Part shown: positions 14,368-26,681 of the stretch, piece after piece
Layout of the letters: each line of letters opens with the position of its first letter
Numbering within the stretch: the stretch's first letter is position 1
NCBI GenBank assembly: GCA_020536535.1
Contig: JAHLWZ010000818.1
Coordinates: 1-64,000, forward strand
Source of the DNA: Pelomyxa schiedti
Lineage: Eukaryota > Protista > Evosea
Direction: 5' to 3'
Length of the DNA: 64,000 nucleotides
Notes under the pieces: generated by a model
What the model saw: the letters and a program-made list of their open reading frames with translations, nothing else
Database searches by the model: none
Told to the model about the DNA's origin: nothing
Position numbers and translations under genes: made by a program

Positions 14368-17300
14368 ATGTCGTCGAGCAAGGGAGTCGATTCGGCAGGA
14401 GACGGCCACGTCCCGAAGGCGTGGACCGCCTCGCACCACTCCCACTCCGCCCACCCGTCGCCGTCGCCTTCGTCGTCTGCGGCGTCTCCCATAATGGGCC
14501 GCGGGGGGTCGGCGCGCCCCACACGGCGGCACCACCACACGGACCCGGACGACGACGAGGACGTGCGCAGCGACGACAGCGACGTGCCGCCGCCCCCGCC
14601 CCCGCCGCCCCCTCCACCTCGCATCCACCACCACCGCGACCACCACGACAAGACCCACAGCGACCACTCCAAGGCCGCGATTATGGGCGCGGGCGGCGTC
14701 GTCCACGTATCCCCCCACAGCGTCGTTGGGTCGTCGCGGCACCACTTCTCGGACAACACCGAGGAATTTCCTTCTCATCCGTCGCCCCCACCGCCACCTC
14801 CACCGCCCTCACAACAACACCAAACACACAACGCCCCGTCTTCGTCGTCGTCGCGCCTCCCAGACCACCATCCCACAATTCAGACACCACCTGCCACATC
14901 TTCTTTTTCCCACTCTCCGTCTTCACCACAGGTGTCAGCTCCTGCAACTACCACAACACCTGCAACAACAACAGCGACAGCGACGGCAGCTTCTTCCTCT
15001 TCTGTGCTAGTTACTACATACACATCGACATCGACATCATCCCCTGCACATGTGCGAGCACATGCGAGGTCACCGGTGCAGACCACACGGAGAAAGGCCG
15101 TGAGGTCGTTGTCACCCCCGAAGCCTGGCAAGGCCGGCCGGCACCACAACAGCCCCCCGTCGGCAGCTGCCGACATCCCGGACTTGTGCACGATCGTCAT
15201 CTCCCCGGCGCCCCAGCGCCGCCAGCCGCCCGCGATGCCCGAGCCCCACCGGCACAGCCCGCCCAAAATAGGCGGCGGGGGCTCCCCCTCCCCCTCCCCC
15301 TCGGCGCAGGGGCACGCGCACGGCTCGCCGCCGTCGTCCGCCGCGCACTCCCACGGCTCCGCGAACGCCGAGCCCGTGGTCCCGGTCGCGGTCACAGCCA
15401 CGAACCCCAGCGGAATCACCTCTGCTGTTACTAGCACCACCTCTGGCGGGAATGGGAAGGACACACGGGATTCCAGCAGCCCAGTGAACGGCGCAACTGC
15501 AACTGCGACGGCGACGGCCACGGGGACGGCGACGGCCGACGGCGATCCAACGTCTCCGCCGCCAGGCCGGTACTTGCCGAACGCTAACTCGCACCCTAGC
15601 GTGCAAGCCAGCAGCAGCCTGTGGAAGAGCAGGAATGCGCCCGGGGGGTCTCACTCCGCGACGCCAGCACACTCCTCGCCGTCGGCTACCCATTCTCCGC
15701 ATTTTCACTCTCCACACCGCTCGCCTCACTCTGCCACTGCTAGCACTGCGAGGCACAGCGGCGGTGCTGGGCCTATTAATGGCACGGGCACCACAGTGCC
15801 TGGCGTTGCTCAGGATAACCTGATTTCAGGGTCCTCCCAGCCGCCAAGTTTCACTTCCGAGATACACGTGGATTCTATCTCGTTTTTTGGGGCCCCTGTT
15901 ACATATACTCCTGTTTCTCCACCTGGGATTCATTATACTCCCTCTCCTGCAAAAGGAAGTTCTGGGGCAAGTGCAAGTGCCAGTGCTGGCGTTTGCTCTG
16001 GGGTTGTTGAAGTAGTGAGTACGAGCAGTGATATTCCACATGTTACTTCCCATGCTATTTCCGATAATCTACCAAAGAGCTCTGGGGAAGCTTCCTCAGG
16101 AATTTCCAGTAAATCCACTCGCTTGGTTATTGTTTCCTCTTGCGCTTTCAAGTGTGGGGGGTCACCTTGGCCACCAGAACAAACAGACATATTCTGGGAT
16201 GTGAGGACATATAAGAACAAAGATGTAAGTTATTCACTCGCAAAAGTGGACTCATTCTAATAGATAACTAATCCATGGGACCATATTCCTTGGAAACATA
16301 AAAAAATATCCTCAATCCGGGATGTTGCCATTAGGCAGCTTCTGTGGAGCCTCCCTGACGTTCAATCGAGTTACAACGACTTGCATGCAATGGTAACTGA
16401 GCTGATGAAAACCACAACGAAGAATGAGCTTCACGTTGCCATCATGTGCCGTGGTATTCCTCCCAATAACTCCAAGGCGTGAAATGACATATTTCTAGGA
16501 GGAAAACAGCGTTCTGTTGCCTTCGTGGAGCGACTGTATAAAGACCTTGGAGCAAAACACCACAAACAAATTAACATGGCAGCGGCAACTACTGAAGCCA
16601 CAACGACATCCTCAGATGTAAGTCATTCTACAACTGCTTCCACTCCCACAACACCAGTTACCCCACCACTCCAGCTTCTCCACCCAATAAACAAAGAATC
16701 AGAGTCCACTCCCCCAAGCACTTCAGTGCCCACAACTCCATCCACCACAGAGAATGCTGACGGTTCCAATATCCTGGAATCCTGGATTGTAAAAAGACAG
16801 CACCCGCACCTTGGTCACTGGAAGAAACCTCCTCACCTCGTTTGGCAGCGCTGGAAAATGGAAACTTGGCAGGTTGGTTCCCAATCCAATCCTCAATCCA
16901 ACTCAGTAAATGTGATGGCCCTAACTAACCAAACACTCAAAAGGACATTACTGATGAACCCCACCTGGAGGAGCACTTCCAAGAATTCCTCGATGATGCG
17001 GAGAAATACCTATATCGGTCCCCAAAGAGACTCTATGACTTCACACACATGCTTGTAACATCACTGGCTGACAATCACACCAGACAACTGCGTTGCACCA
17101 CCAGATAACTAAAAAAAAAAAATATCAAAGTGCAATACACCACTTCCCTGCTGTACCGATTTGGGTTGTCGAAACTACAAGTAACAGAAAAGAAGAAAAG
17201 CATAAAAAAAAAAACCCCTCAAGGAGATGGGGGAGCGATTGGCTGAGTTACAGAGGCTACTCAAGGCTGAAGAGGCCGACGTTCTTGCTCGTAATCTTAC

Positions 17301-20300
17301 TTTGCTTCTTCGGTTGTGTCATGACGAATGAATGTCTTTGGGACCGTCCGCATCTCTCAAACATGCTTTTCCTCCATAGAACGCAAAACTTTGAATGCCA
17401 TTGAGCAGCAGGTCCAACGCACGTCGAATGACTTGGTTGATATGTACTGGGATCTTTGTCAGCTCGAAAAACAGATGATTGAACTCAGGGCTAACATGTA
17501 GCCTTTATTTTGGGAGGGCCATGTAGATACTTTTCTGTCTCACCTTCTAAGAGAGAGCCCTGCTGCCAAGGCTCCCGCTATCCTGAAGCCATGCCAAGAA
17601 ACAACGAAAATTCTGCAAAACGTGCCCGGTGATGTAAAACGAGTAAGTAGATTACCGCTAGTAGCACAAAACTAAGAAGCACAAGGCTATAGAAGAAATC
17701 TTTTTCTTGTTAAGGGAAACTCCTGCGTTTCTCGTCAATGTACTGGACGTATCAGGAATGTTTCGTAATGAAGAGACTGTATACAACTCCTTAATAAATA
17801 AAAGCTCACATGTGGCAAATAGCAGCTTCTGAGTTGCGATTTTCGGGTTTTTTCCCGCCAACACCTTCTGCCACCCTCATAGTGACTAGGAGCAAGCAGC
17901 CCGAATATATCACGCCTTGATTTTTTGTCTCTTCTCCAATTGCTTTTCCCCAAGGGACGAAAAGTACCTACTTCTTTTCCTTAAGGTTTGGTTCTTGTCA
18001 CGAGACCCAGTGTATACATACATTTATAGGAAACCTGGGCTTTTGAATTTGAAAGAGCAAGTCAAAGAACAAAATTTATAAAGAAAGAATCTTTTTCAAC
18101 AGACTTGCTTATGAGTTATCTTAGGTTACTCTTTACGTCAAGAATCCTTCTGTAATCACTTTCTCAGGTATACATATGCTAGCCCGTATTTAGTGCCTGT
18201 CCTGAAGGATATAGTAATTAGTGTTGCTCAAGACATCTCCACCAATTTTGAATCTGATCCCGAGAGAGTTATACAATTTAATATGTGATGACTATTTAAC
18301 AATCCTGGATTTAGAAAAGAGTCATTGGCGCAGAAAGTGGGATAAGAGCCTCTCTCCTATTTTCTGGTGAGTTGTTAAAAAATCATGTGGCCAGCACTTA
18401 ATTGTGACAGGGCTATCGCTCTCTTCTGCTCAAAAAGTTGGCATACAAAATAAAAATCTCTTGGACATGGCCAGAATGGTGGTACAATCGGTCTTAGATA
18501 ATTTTGTGACACTTCCTTATGGTCTTAAATGGCTTGGGGCCAGTGTTTGCAAGTAAATTTGTGACTCTTTACCTCTTTAATTTCGTCGTGCAGGATAGCA
18601 GCAAAATTAGACCCAAATATGACAGCAACCGACACTCATGCACTTTTACTAGGACTTGTGTTTGACGTACTTTAATATCCCCATTGCACCTTTATAACGG
18701 AAGACAGAACTTTTTGATTCCTTCCTTAATCAGGCCTGAAGAATGGCTATCAGGGACTCATATATCTTATCTCGCAAGAAATAATCTGATTCATGTAAGG
18801 TTTTTTTCTTGCAGCCAGTATTTACTGCAAATCAGATTGCTAAAATGGTATCCTCCATCGTAAGCACTCCAGAAGACCCTGAACTTGGTCCTGCTCTAGT
18901 GGATTTCTTTTCCCAATTCACCCAAGTTGAAGAACCAGATGAATTTTTCCATGGTAACTTTTTTCTCAAAAAAAAAAAAGTAAGGGAAACACTCCAATTT
19001 TTAGAACAAGAAACACCACCTGAGGGGATGTGCTTCCTCGCATCAACCTCTGATCTTGAATGTTTACTGAATCTCCTCGTACAGAATTTCCCAATTTGGT
19101 TTGAGCGCCCTAAGTCAATTGTCTGCTTATGCTGTCTGAGGTCAACTTTAACAACTAAAAGGAGACCACTACTCCGCCTGAGCTTCTCGGCAAAGCAGAG
19201 CGACTCTCCACTCTCATATCTGTCATCAGCCCTCACCTTGGTGTGCTGAGGTATACCTTGACTGTTGCTTTTAGCTTGAAGTCCTGATGGCCTTCAGAGT
19301 ATCAGGGGTTAAATTTTTGAAGATCAGAGACTTTTCAGCACAACTACCATCCGAAATTCCTCTCCCACTGGACCCAGAACCTCCAGTATGTTTTACTCTT
19401 TCGATTCATAATCCTAAAAATCTATTGTTGACACTGCCTTGAAGAGTGCAACGAAGTGCAAACAAAATATTGTGTTGCTTCTTAGAGTGTTAGACTATCT
19501 GTGTGGTTACAGGAACGCTTCAGTTAAAGAAACTCTGGTGAAGCAGCATGGGGTAACCCATAAAAAAGATACTCCAGCTCGCCTAATTCTCACTTTATAG
19601 AGAAATAGGTTTTTCCAGACCAACATCCTACATTCCCAAATTCAGTCTTCATTACATTCACTGGACGAACTTCCACCTTCTTATAAAGCGTGAGTTTATT
19701 TTTGAACTTAAAATAAACTAACTTATCACTGTGCCAGATCTGACTATGGCTTACTTCTTACTTCAATGTTTGATGACTACACCAAACGAAAACAAAAACG
19801 CCACGAGCAACTGCGAATCCCTTTGGTTTTCCTAAACAAGGTTTCACAAGCAAACTTGGCAAACTTTCCTGTAACCAATCCAGTTACAACTTCAATCAAG
19901 TCAAGTGGGGGCACTTAGGAATCTATATCTCGAGACCGTGGCTGCACTCATGTTCGAAGATTTTCATATCCACTGCTTTTCATCCCAGCAAGAACAGTAA
20001 TTTTTGTCTGTTTAGTGTGCTCTGAGTTACCATAGTTTTGTGTCTGAGTTTCGTCGGCAGTTCCCTGCTATTATGGTACAGGAGTGCCACTGTAGACCAG
20101 CAGTTTTTTCTGAAGAAACCACCGTATTGCAGTAACATATGACAAATTTTCTTATTGGTCTAAAGATGTGTGCCAACTGCACAGCGAAAGAAGATATGTT
20201 TTCTGCCTTCATGAGAGATTTTCAATCGACTTTGACTTCCCACCCAGCGTGGGCTTCGGCATCCCCGGAAGTGATTATGCTTGTTGTTCATAATATGGAG

Positions 20301-22070
20301 TCTTTGGTCACAGCCCAAATTTTCGATTGGTATGGTATCACCTAAACGTGCTCGAGAATTAAATTGTTTACTGGGTGTAGTCTGTTTCCTATCTTGCGTA
20401 AAGATGCTGAGCTACTTCAAAATATGCAGGAGGGTGCAAGAACAGTAACTCTGAGTGCACTTTTAATAAATAAACGGTATCACAGTCAAGCCCCATGGCT
20501 GCTTGCCCAAGAAGGTTTTTCTTTTGACTACGTGAAGTATTCATTCACTACTAGAACTCCGAAAGCTTCCTATCTACAAAGCTCCCTATGATAAATTCCG
20601 ATGTTTTGTGGATTGTTGGAAAGTTATATTTAGTGTGCAATTAGCGTATTAATGTTGTCTGACACAGTTCCACTAGATTATCTTCGCCCCCTTGGTGACT
20701 ACAGTCCGGACGACTTCTTACCAATTATGTCATATGTGATGCTGCAAGCTCAAATACCAGACCTCCTAGCAAACATTCAATATATAAGTTTGTATACCAC
20801 CCTCGATACCAGCGAGGAAATGTTGTTACTACACGTCAAGTCCGCAATTGAAATTCTTTGGGAAGTTTTCAATGGAAAGGTTTGTTGGTCACTCGTCTTT
20901 AGGCCAAAACTAACGTTACAAGATTCCTGTCTGGAAGTCAGCTCACGCAGTTTCTTCAAAGGATACAAGTACCCAGCAGAGTTTTCTCACTCTAAGATCC
21001 TCTCCTCCACATACCACACCCTATCACCACATAAAGAAGAGAAGTTGCAGTGTACCGACATTTGGGAAACCTTCAGTACCAAACACATTCACCTCCGCAC
21101 CTCCCATAGGACCTCTTGGAATAAGCCTAGCGGTCATAGATGGGGAAGACAGAAGTTCCATCAGTAGTCGCAGTTCCTCTGATGGAGTCAGCAATAGCAG
21201 AGATACTTGTGGTGCACTCATCAACGAGAAAGATACAGAAGAGACTGTGAGGGGATCCATTATCGACAATCCTTGTTCTCCCTCAACCCCCACCTCCGAA
21301 TTGAATGAGAATACAAAACCTCCCTTAGACGCCGAGAGGGAGGAGCCCAGGAAAGAGGCTAATGAGTCTGCCTCTGTGTTACCTCCTATTTTGCCCTACA
21401 CTGCACTTGGAAACGTGGTTACTAATGACAGCGGTTTGTAGTCCCACTTCCTTTAACTACAAACATATGTGTCACTGTAATTGAAAAAGAGTCTGGCCAT
21501 ATAGATAATAAATAAAATACACACCAGATTCCGAATCTTCCAATGATGACTTCAGTACTCCTTCCGACCTTCCCTCGGTTTTTGGGAGTCACTCCATTCC
21601 ACTTGGTAAGACTCGTAGTAAAATGCGCTCGTATTTCTAGTGTCTTACCGCTTCTAGCTTCGGAACTCTCTGCGGCCCTACAAATGGAACTTGCCTTCCA
21701 AATGGACAACCTGCCATTCGATATTGCACAAACTATCACCGACGACGTAGGCTCCGCATTCCACCCTGAACCTTACGTGTTTTCTCCCTCCCACACAACT
21801 CCCACTCCCACTCCACCACCCCAACAACCATCAGTCAATTCCAACCCCTCAGTCACATCTACATCTACATCTACATCCACATCCACGTCAACATCCACAT
21901 CCCCCACGCCCACATCCACATCCATACTCACTACGCCAGCCACACTAGCACCCAGCGCCCCAGCTGCAGCACCTCCCACAACAAACACACACCACTCCAA
22001 CAGGCACTCATTCCCGTTCTCGGTGAAGCTAAAAAGATCACCATCACTGGGGAGGAAAAAGCAAACGTGA
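14368..22070 (+). CDS. GAPVD1: GAPVD1/Gapex-5-like protein (RasGAP-like + VPS9) with added N-terminal low-complexity region, RapZ C-terminal-like domain and WWE-like domain
   Basis: RasGAP-like: FFRNEETVY, LPYGLKWL, FLIPSLIRPEEW, NLIH..IAKMV. VPS9: PWLLAQEEL, SPYDKFRC, YSPDDFLPIMSYVMLQAQIPDLLANIQYI. The N-terminal exons splice in frame into ERLAELQRLLKAEE. Confidence 0.8.
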
Positions 22071-22131
22071 TCCAGATGGCAAGTTGTAAAATTTAAAAAA
22101 AGAAAGCAAAAATAAAACATTTTTCATTCGT

Positions 22132-25100
22132 TTAGGCTTGTTTCTGTACAGAGGGCAATACCAGCTTCAGTATGAGAGCTGCTGTAGGCAGGTCATAACT
22201 GAAGACACTTAGTATAGCCGGAGTCCTGGATAAATCCACCTGCACAATCACCAGTGGGGTGACTGGGGGTGATTTTTGTGGTGCTGTGCCAGAAGGTGCT
22301 TGTGTACAAGCAAGTATGCCAAACATCGCAACGTGGGAGCCTGGCACATAGCTCACCTCATGGAATCCGACTTGCTGTTTTTGTTGTTTGTTATAGGAGT
22401 GGGTGTAGCGTGAAGTGATAATATTGGTGTGATGTTTTACCTTCAGGATGTTCTGTGATTTGGAGCGACTATCTCCCGATGACCGGATAATTAAGACCAT
22501 TTCCACTTTGTGCATAGTAGGGGTGAGGTTTTGTACATCGGACCATGCAATAGGGGTCACTGGTGGGAGAAGTAGATCGTTCAAGGATGGTTGTACTGTG
22601 ACCCAGAATGTACCCAGAGATGCACTGCACAATTGTAAAGAGTTTTACTCCGGCAAGATAAACTACCTTAGTTCAAATTTGATTGGTGACCATTGTGTAT
22701 CTGCTGGAGAGAGTGGGCAAGGAAATTGTGCGTATATCAAAGATTCGGCACAAGAATGACTTGAAAGAATGGTGAGTGGCTCAAAAGCACAGAACGGGAG
22801 TTCTTTTTGAGCCTACGGAAGTGTGAGCCTCGAAAATATATATAAAAAAAAGGGTACCAGTGTTCCAACTTTTATTCCTACTATCGGTTTTTCACTGTCA
22901 TTTCTCATCAATAAACGAACTGGTAATGAATACCTGCCTCCAAGTTGGGGCAGTTTTGGGGAGCATAGATATTCCACAGAAAGCCCGCCAGAAACCTCTG
23001 CTGAGAGCAATGCTTGACCCGTCTCCACGCTAGTAACAACTTTGGTCTCCCCTGTAATTAAACCTTTAGGAAGGCCAACTGGTTCATAGTTTACCTACCA
23101 AAGAAAATATCACTCTGGCGTGGGATTACTGGTTCAGCTTCTTCTGTATCAGAACATGAGGGAGACTCCAGTGTGGGCTTGGGTTTAGTTGCGCCGTTAA
23201 GTTCATCATCAGACACGTCGTCACTTGAAAGAAGTGAGATTTGAAATTTGATATTCTCTCAAATACCCAATTTCCCAATCAGTCTCATCAACAGTAATTC
23301 TCAAAGTTGGGTCTGTTGCAACCTGAAGATTGGTTCATGTTTTTACAGATAAACTTTTTTACTTGTGGAAAATCTGGTAAGGGTCTGTAGCCAGTCACTT
23401 CCGTATTTAACAGATGTGAAAGGGTCCCCAAATCAAAAGTATTTTCGTTCACTGTGATAAATAAGCAATCAAGAAGGTAAAACTAGCCTCACTTTTGCGT
23501 TCCAAGGTATTGTGCGTTCCGAGTGGATGCAGAATACTATTAATGTGCTTCCCCAACTGGGAGCTGCGAAGATCCTTTCCAAAGAGCAAGGCAAAAGTAA
23601 TGCGGGAGAAATCCCTGTGTTTAAGTTAGCTCCTGGATTACTATGGGTAAAACCTTATGTCCACATTTGTGTCCACTTTGGCTTTTTCAAGAATTCGCTG
23701 AAGGACTTGACCTACTTCTTGATTTTTGGCATAGAGCTTAGCCCCAAACTTCATAATTTGAAGGCGAACGGTACAGTCCTGGTAATAAGATAAACTAAGA
23801 TAAAGTAAAAGAATGAAATAGGCAGCATATTTAAAAATGGCATGGAAAAATGCCTCTGAAGAGAATCCCTCTTCCAGGCTATTCAAGATATCGGCACCAC
23901 TTTCGACAATAGCATCACTGTATTCTCCAAGAACCCATATGATCGTAGCGCGAGCTGAAGGGAGCTGTAATAGAAGGTGTAAGATAAAAATAAATGAGGG
24001 TTTTACTTTCTGATCTTGAAGGATGGTGGCAAGCTTTCTAACACAGGTTCCATGTAAATCACCCTGCAGAGAAATTACATCCACAACCAGTGTGGATTAC
24101 TACCTGAAGCTGGTTGGTGACAGGACCCGCCACACTCCTTTGAAGTAGAGCCTTGAGAGCAAGTACACTGGCGGAAACAACCATTGTATCGGGATGTGAT
24201 AGCAAAGGAAGAATCAAGTTCACACAAACTTCCAGAACATCAGGTACTCGTAGGAGGCATCTTTCAACAGTAAATGAAAAAAGGGAAAAAGGTAGAGAAT
24301 AACTTGTTTATGGCTGATATTGTAGCACATACTAAGCCAATGTCATAACTTTTTATATACTGGCTAAGCTCTGCCAATACAAGAGTGCTGTTATCGGTGG
24401 ATATCAATGACGGTATAATAGATAATTTGAGCTTCTGAATGAAGGGCAAGTCCCTTGGGTATACAAAGAAGGAAGATATCTCATTGACAAAGATTTCCTA
24501 GTTTTTGGAGGATAACTTAGTGTGGGTCAATGTGCAATCATATTACAGGGTGAGATTCAGCCATAGAAGCAATATTTGAAAGCGCCACATACGAGGCTTC
24601 TCTATTTCCCCTAATGAGTCGCAAGAGTGGCTTGCAAATGACTGGAAGCTCACTACATGGTGCCAGGTGATAAAAAAGAATGGCTACAGAAAGAACAACC
24701 TAGGATGTCTCTCAGAGAAAGAAAAGGGATGAACAGGCTACACACAGCAGGACTTTGTGAGTGCAGAAGCGGTTTGGAAGATTTGATTAGAAGTTGGTAG
24801 TCAACGTCCAAGTCATTACAAGTGTGTCTGTCCACAAGTTAATTGCTGCAAAAATTAAAAAAAGAAAAAAGAGGATATGAAATATGTGATAGTTTATGCA
24901 CATTAGAAGTGAGGGAAGTGCACATGTCTGGATTATGTGGCGAGGTGAAATTTGAACGCCCATAACTTTGTAGGAGGGTTATGAGAGATATCTGTTTTTG
25001 TATAAGTGGCTATTTATGGGGTACATAAATGGAACCTGCCCCCACTCATCCATATTCGGCAGCATATTACACAGCTTAGAGAAAATGGGATGAATAAGCT

Positions 25101-26491
25101 CCATGTTGTCGGGGCACACTTCAAGAAATGCCTTGTCACAAGTGTCAGAAGCACAATGGAGACAAAAACTACTAACTTGTACTGCAGATCCCAAAACAGA
25201 TGGATTTTTGTCTCTAAGAAGAACTGATACTATATGAACACAATCACTTTTCAAGTCTGCAGAAATTCTGATGTGGTTTGGTAACCAGAAAAATCGTGAC
25301 TCACTGACCTGAGGAGTTTTGGCACTGCGTGGGAAGCCGTTTTCCTCAAACGAGGTTGTGACTCAGCAGCCCAGCATACGACCTTATTAACTACCAAGCT
25401 TGTTTCGGAAAAGGGCAAGTTTGAAATTGCACGTAAAGCATACATTCTAAAATGAGTAAATAAAGAAGTTTCAAACACTCTGTTAAGTGGGCTATATACT
25501 GGGAGAGAGGATTTCCACAATCCACCACTGACGTATGCAGTGTTGCTGCAACTGAAGACGGGTTCCGTCGAGCATTAGTCACTAAATACATATAAACAAG
25601 CCGTCGTAGCTGCACATTATGGCATTCGGCATTTGCAATCACATCCGTCATGATGCTGGAAACATTTTTACCTTTAAGCATCATCTATAGCTGTTCAGAA
25701 GAGCGCAGAAGAAAATATATAATCAAATCACAATTAAATATTTAATTTCACACCTGTGCTACTGTCTCCATTGCTTGCATCTTCAACTCCTCATCAGTTC
25801 CTTTCAGTGCTGAAGCTGCATTGGCCAACCTCAAAGCATCAACACTGGCACGTCTTTGCTGCTCCGATTCCGTAGAAACTGTTATAGCTTTTCCTTTGCT
25901 AGACGGTGCTTGACTCGAATCAACCTGCTGTTGTTGCTCAACTTGTGGTGCCATTTTCAACTCAATTTCCTGTGTAGAGTTCTCCTGCAATCTTCGCTGT
26001 TGGGGCTGCATGGAACGCATTTCTTCAGCATTTGGGGCCACTGTTTCGGCCTTTTTGACTACTGTCTGTTGTGGCTGCTGCGAACTTGGCAGCTGCGCTG
26101 GGCTCGGGTGCACATTCTGCTGCGCCTGTGGCGGCTGTATAACTGGCGTTACGGTGCTGGGGTCCAAAGGCGGCGGCGACGGGAGTCGAGCCACCGATTC
26201 CGCAGTCACGCCCGACGCCACTCCCCCTCGCCCGCCGCCGCCGCCGCCTCCCTGCTGTTGCAGCTGCTGCATCTGTACTGGCTGCGGCACCTCCTGTGGC
26301 GGTGGTCTTGTCGCGTGTGGTTGCTGCGGCTGCGGCTGTCGCTGTTGTTTGTTAGCACCGGCGCTCGGAGATGCGCCATCGACAAAGGACGGCAGAGGGA
26401 ATAGCTCCAAGAAGGACGCGGTGGCACGTGTCATTCTCTCAATGGACTCGTCGTCGAACAGATCCACGACCCCACCCGTCGAGGGTCTCAT
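22132..26491 (-). CDS. AP3B: AP-3 complex beta subunit (divergent, Q/P-rich N-terminal extension)
   Basis: LRRLVYMYL, VCPDNMELIHPIFSKLCNMLPNMDEWGQV, DVDYQLLIKSSKPLLHSQSPAV, ARATIIWVLGEY; C-terminal GGLSVEY..VRLLMRN ear motif. Confidence 0.85.
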
Positions 26492-26681
26492 CTTCTGCTG
26501 CTTTTGCTTTCTTTTTTTTTTTTTTTGTGCCTGCTGGCAGTGATTACCGCGAAAAAGAAGTCGCTCTTGGCGACTTTTATCTTACAAAGTAAGTGGCATG
26601 AGTGCCCTGCCAAGGGGATGCTATGCAATTATTTTGTACTGGCGGAAAAGGTGTTTTTCCCGTTTGGGGTTTATGTATGGA

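Noticed and set aside
13827-15434. 535-aa ORF and other long overlapping ORFs in GC-rich exons (also 28274-29512, 28687-29523)
   Set aside because: Alternate or antisense frames of GC-rich low-complexity exons that lack stops by composition
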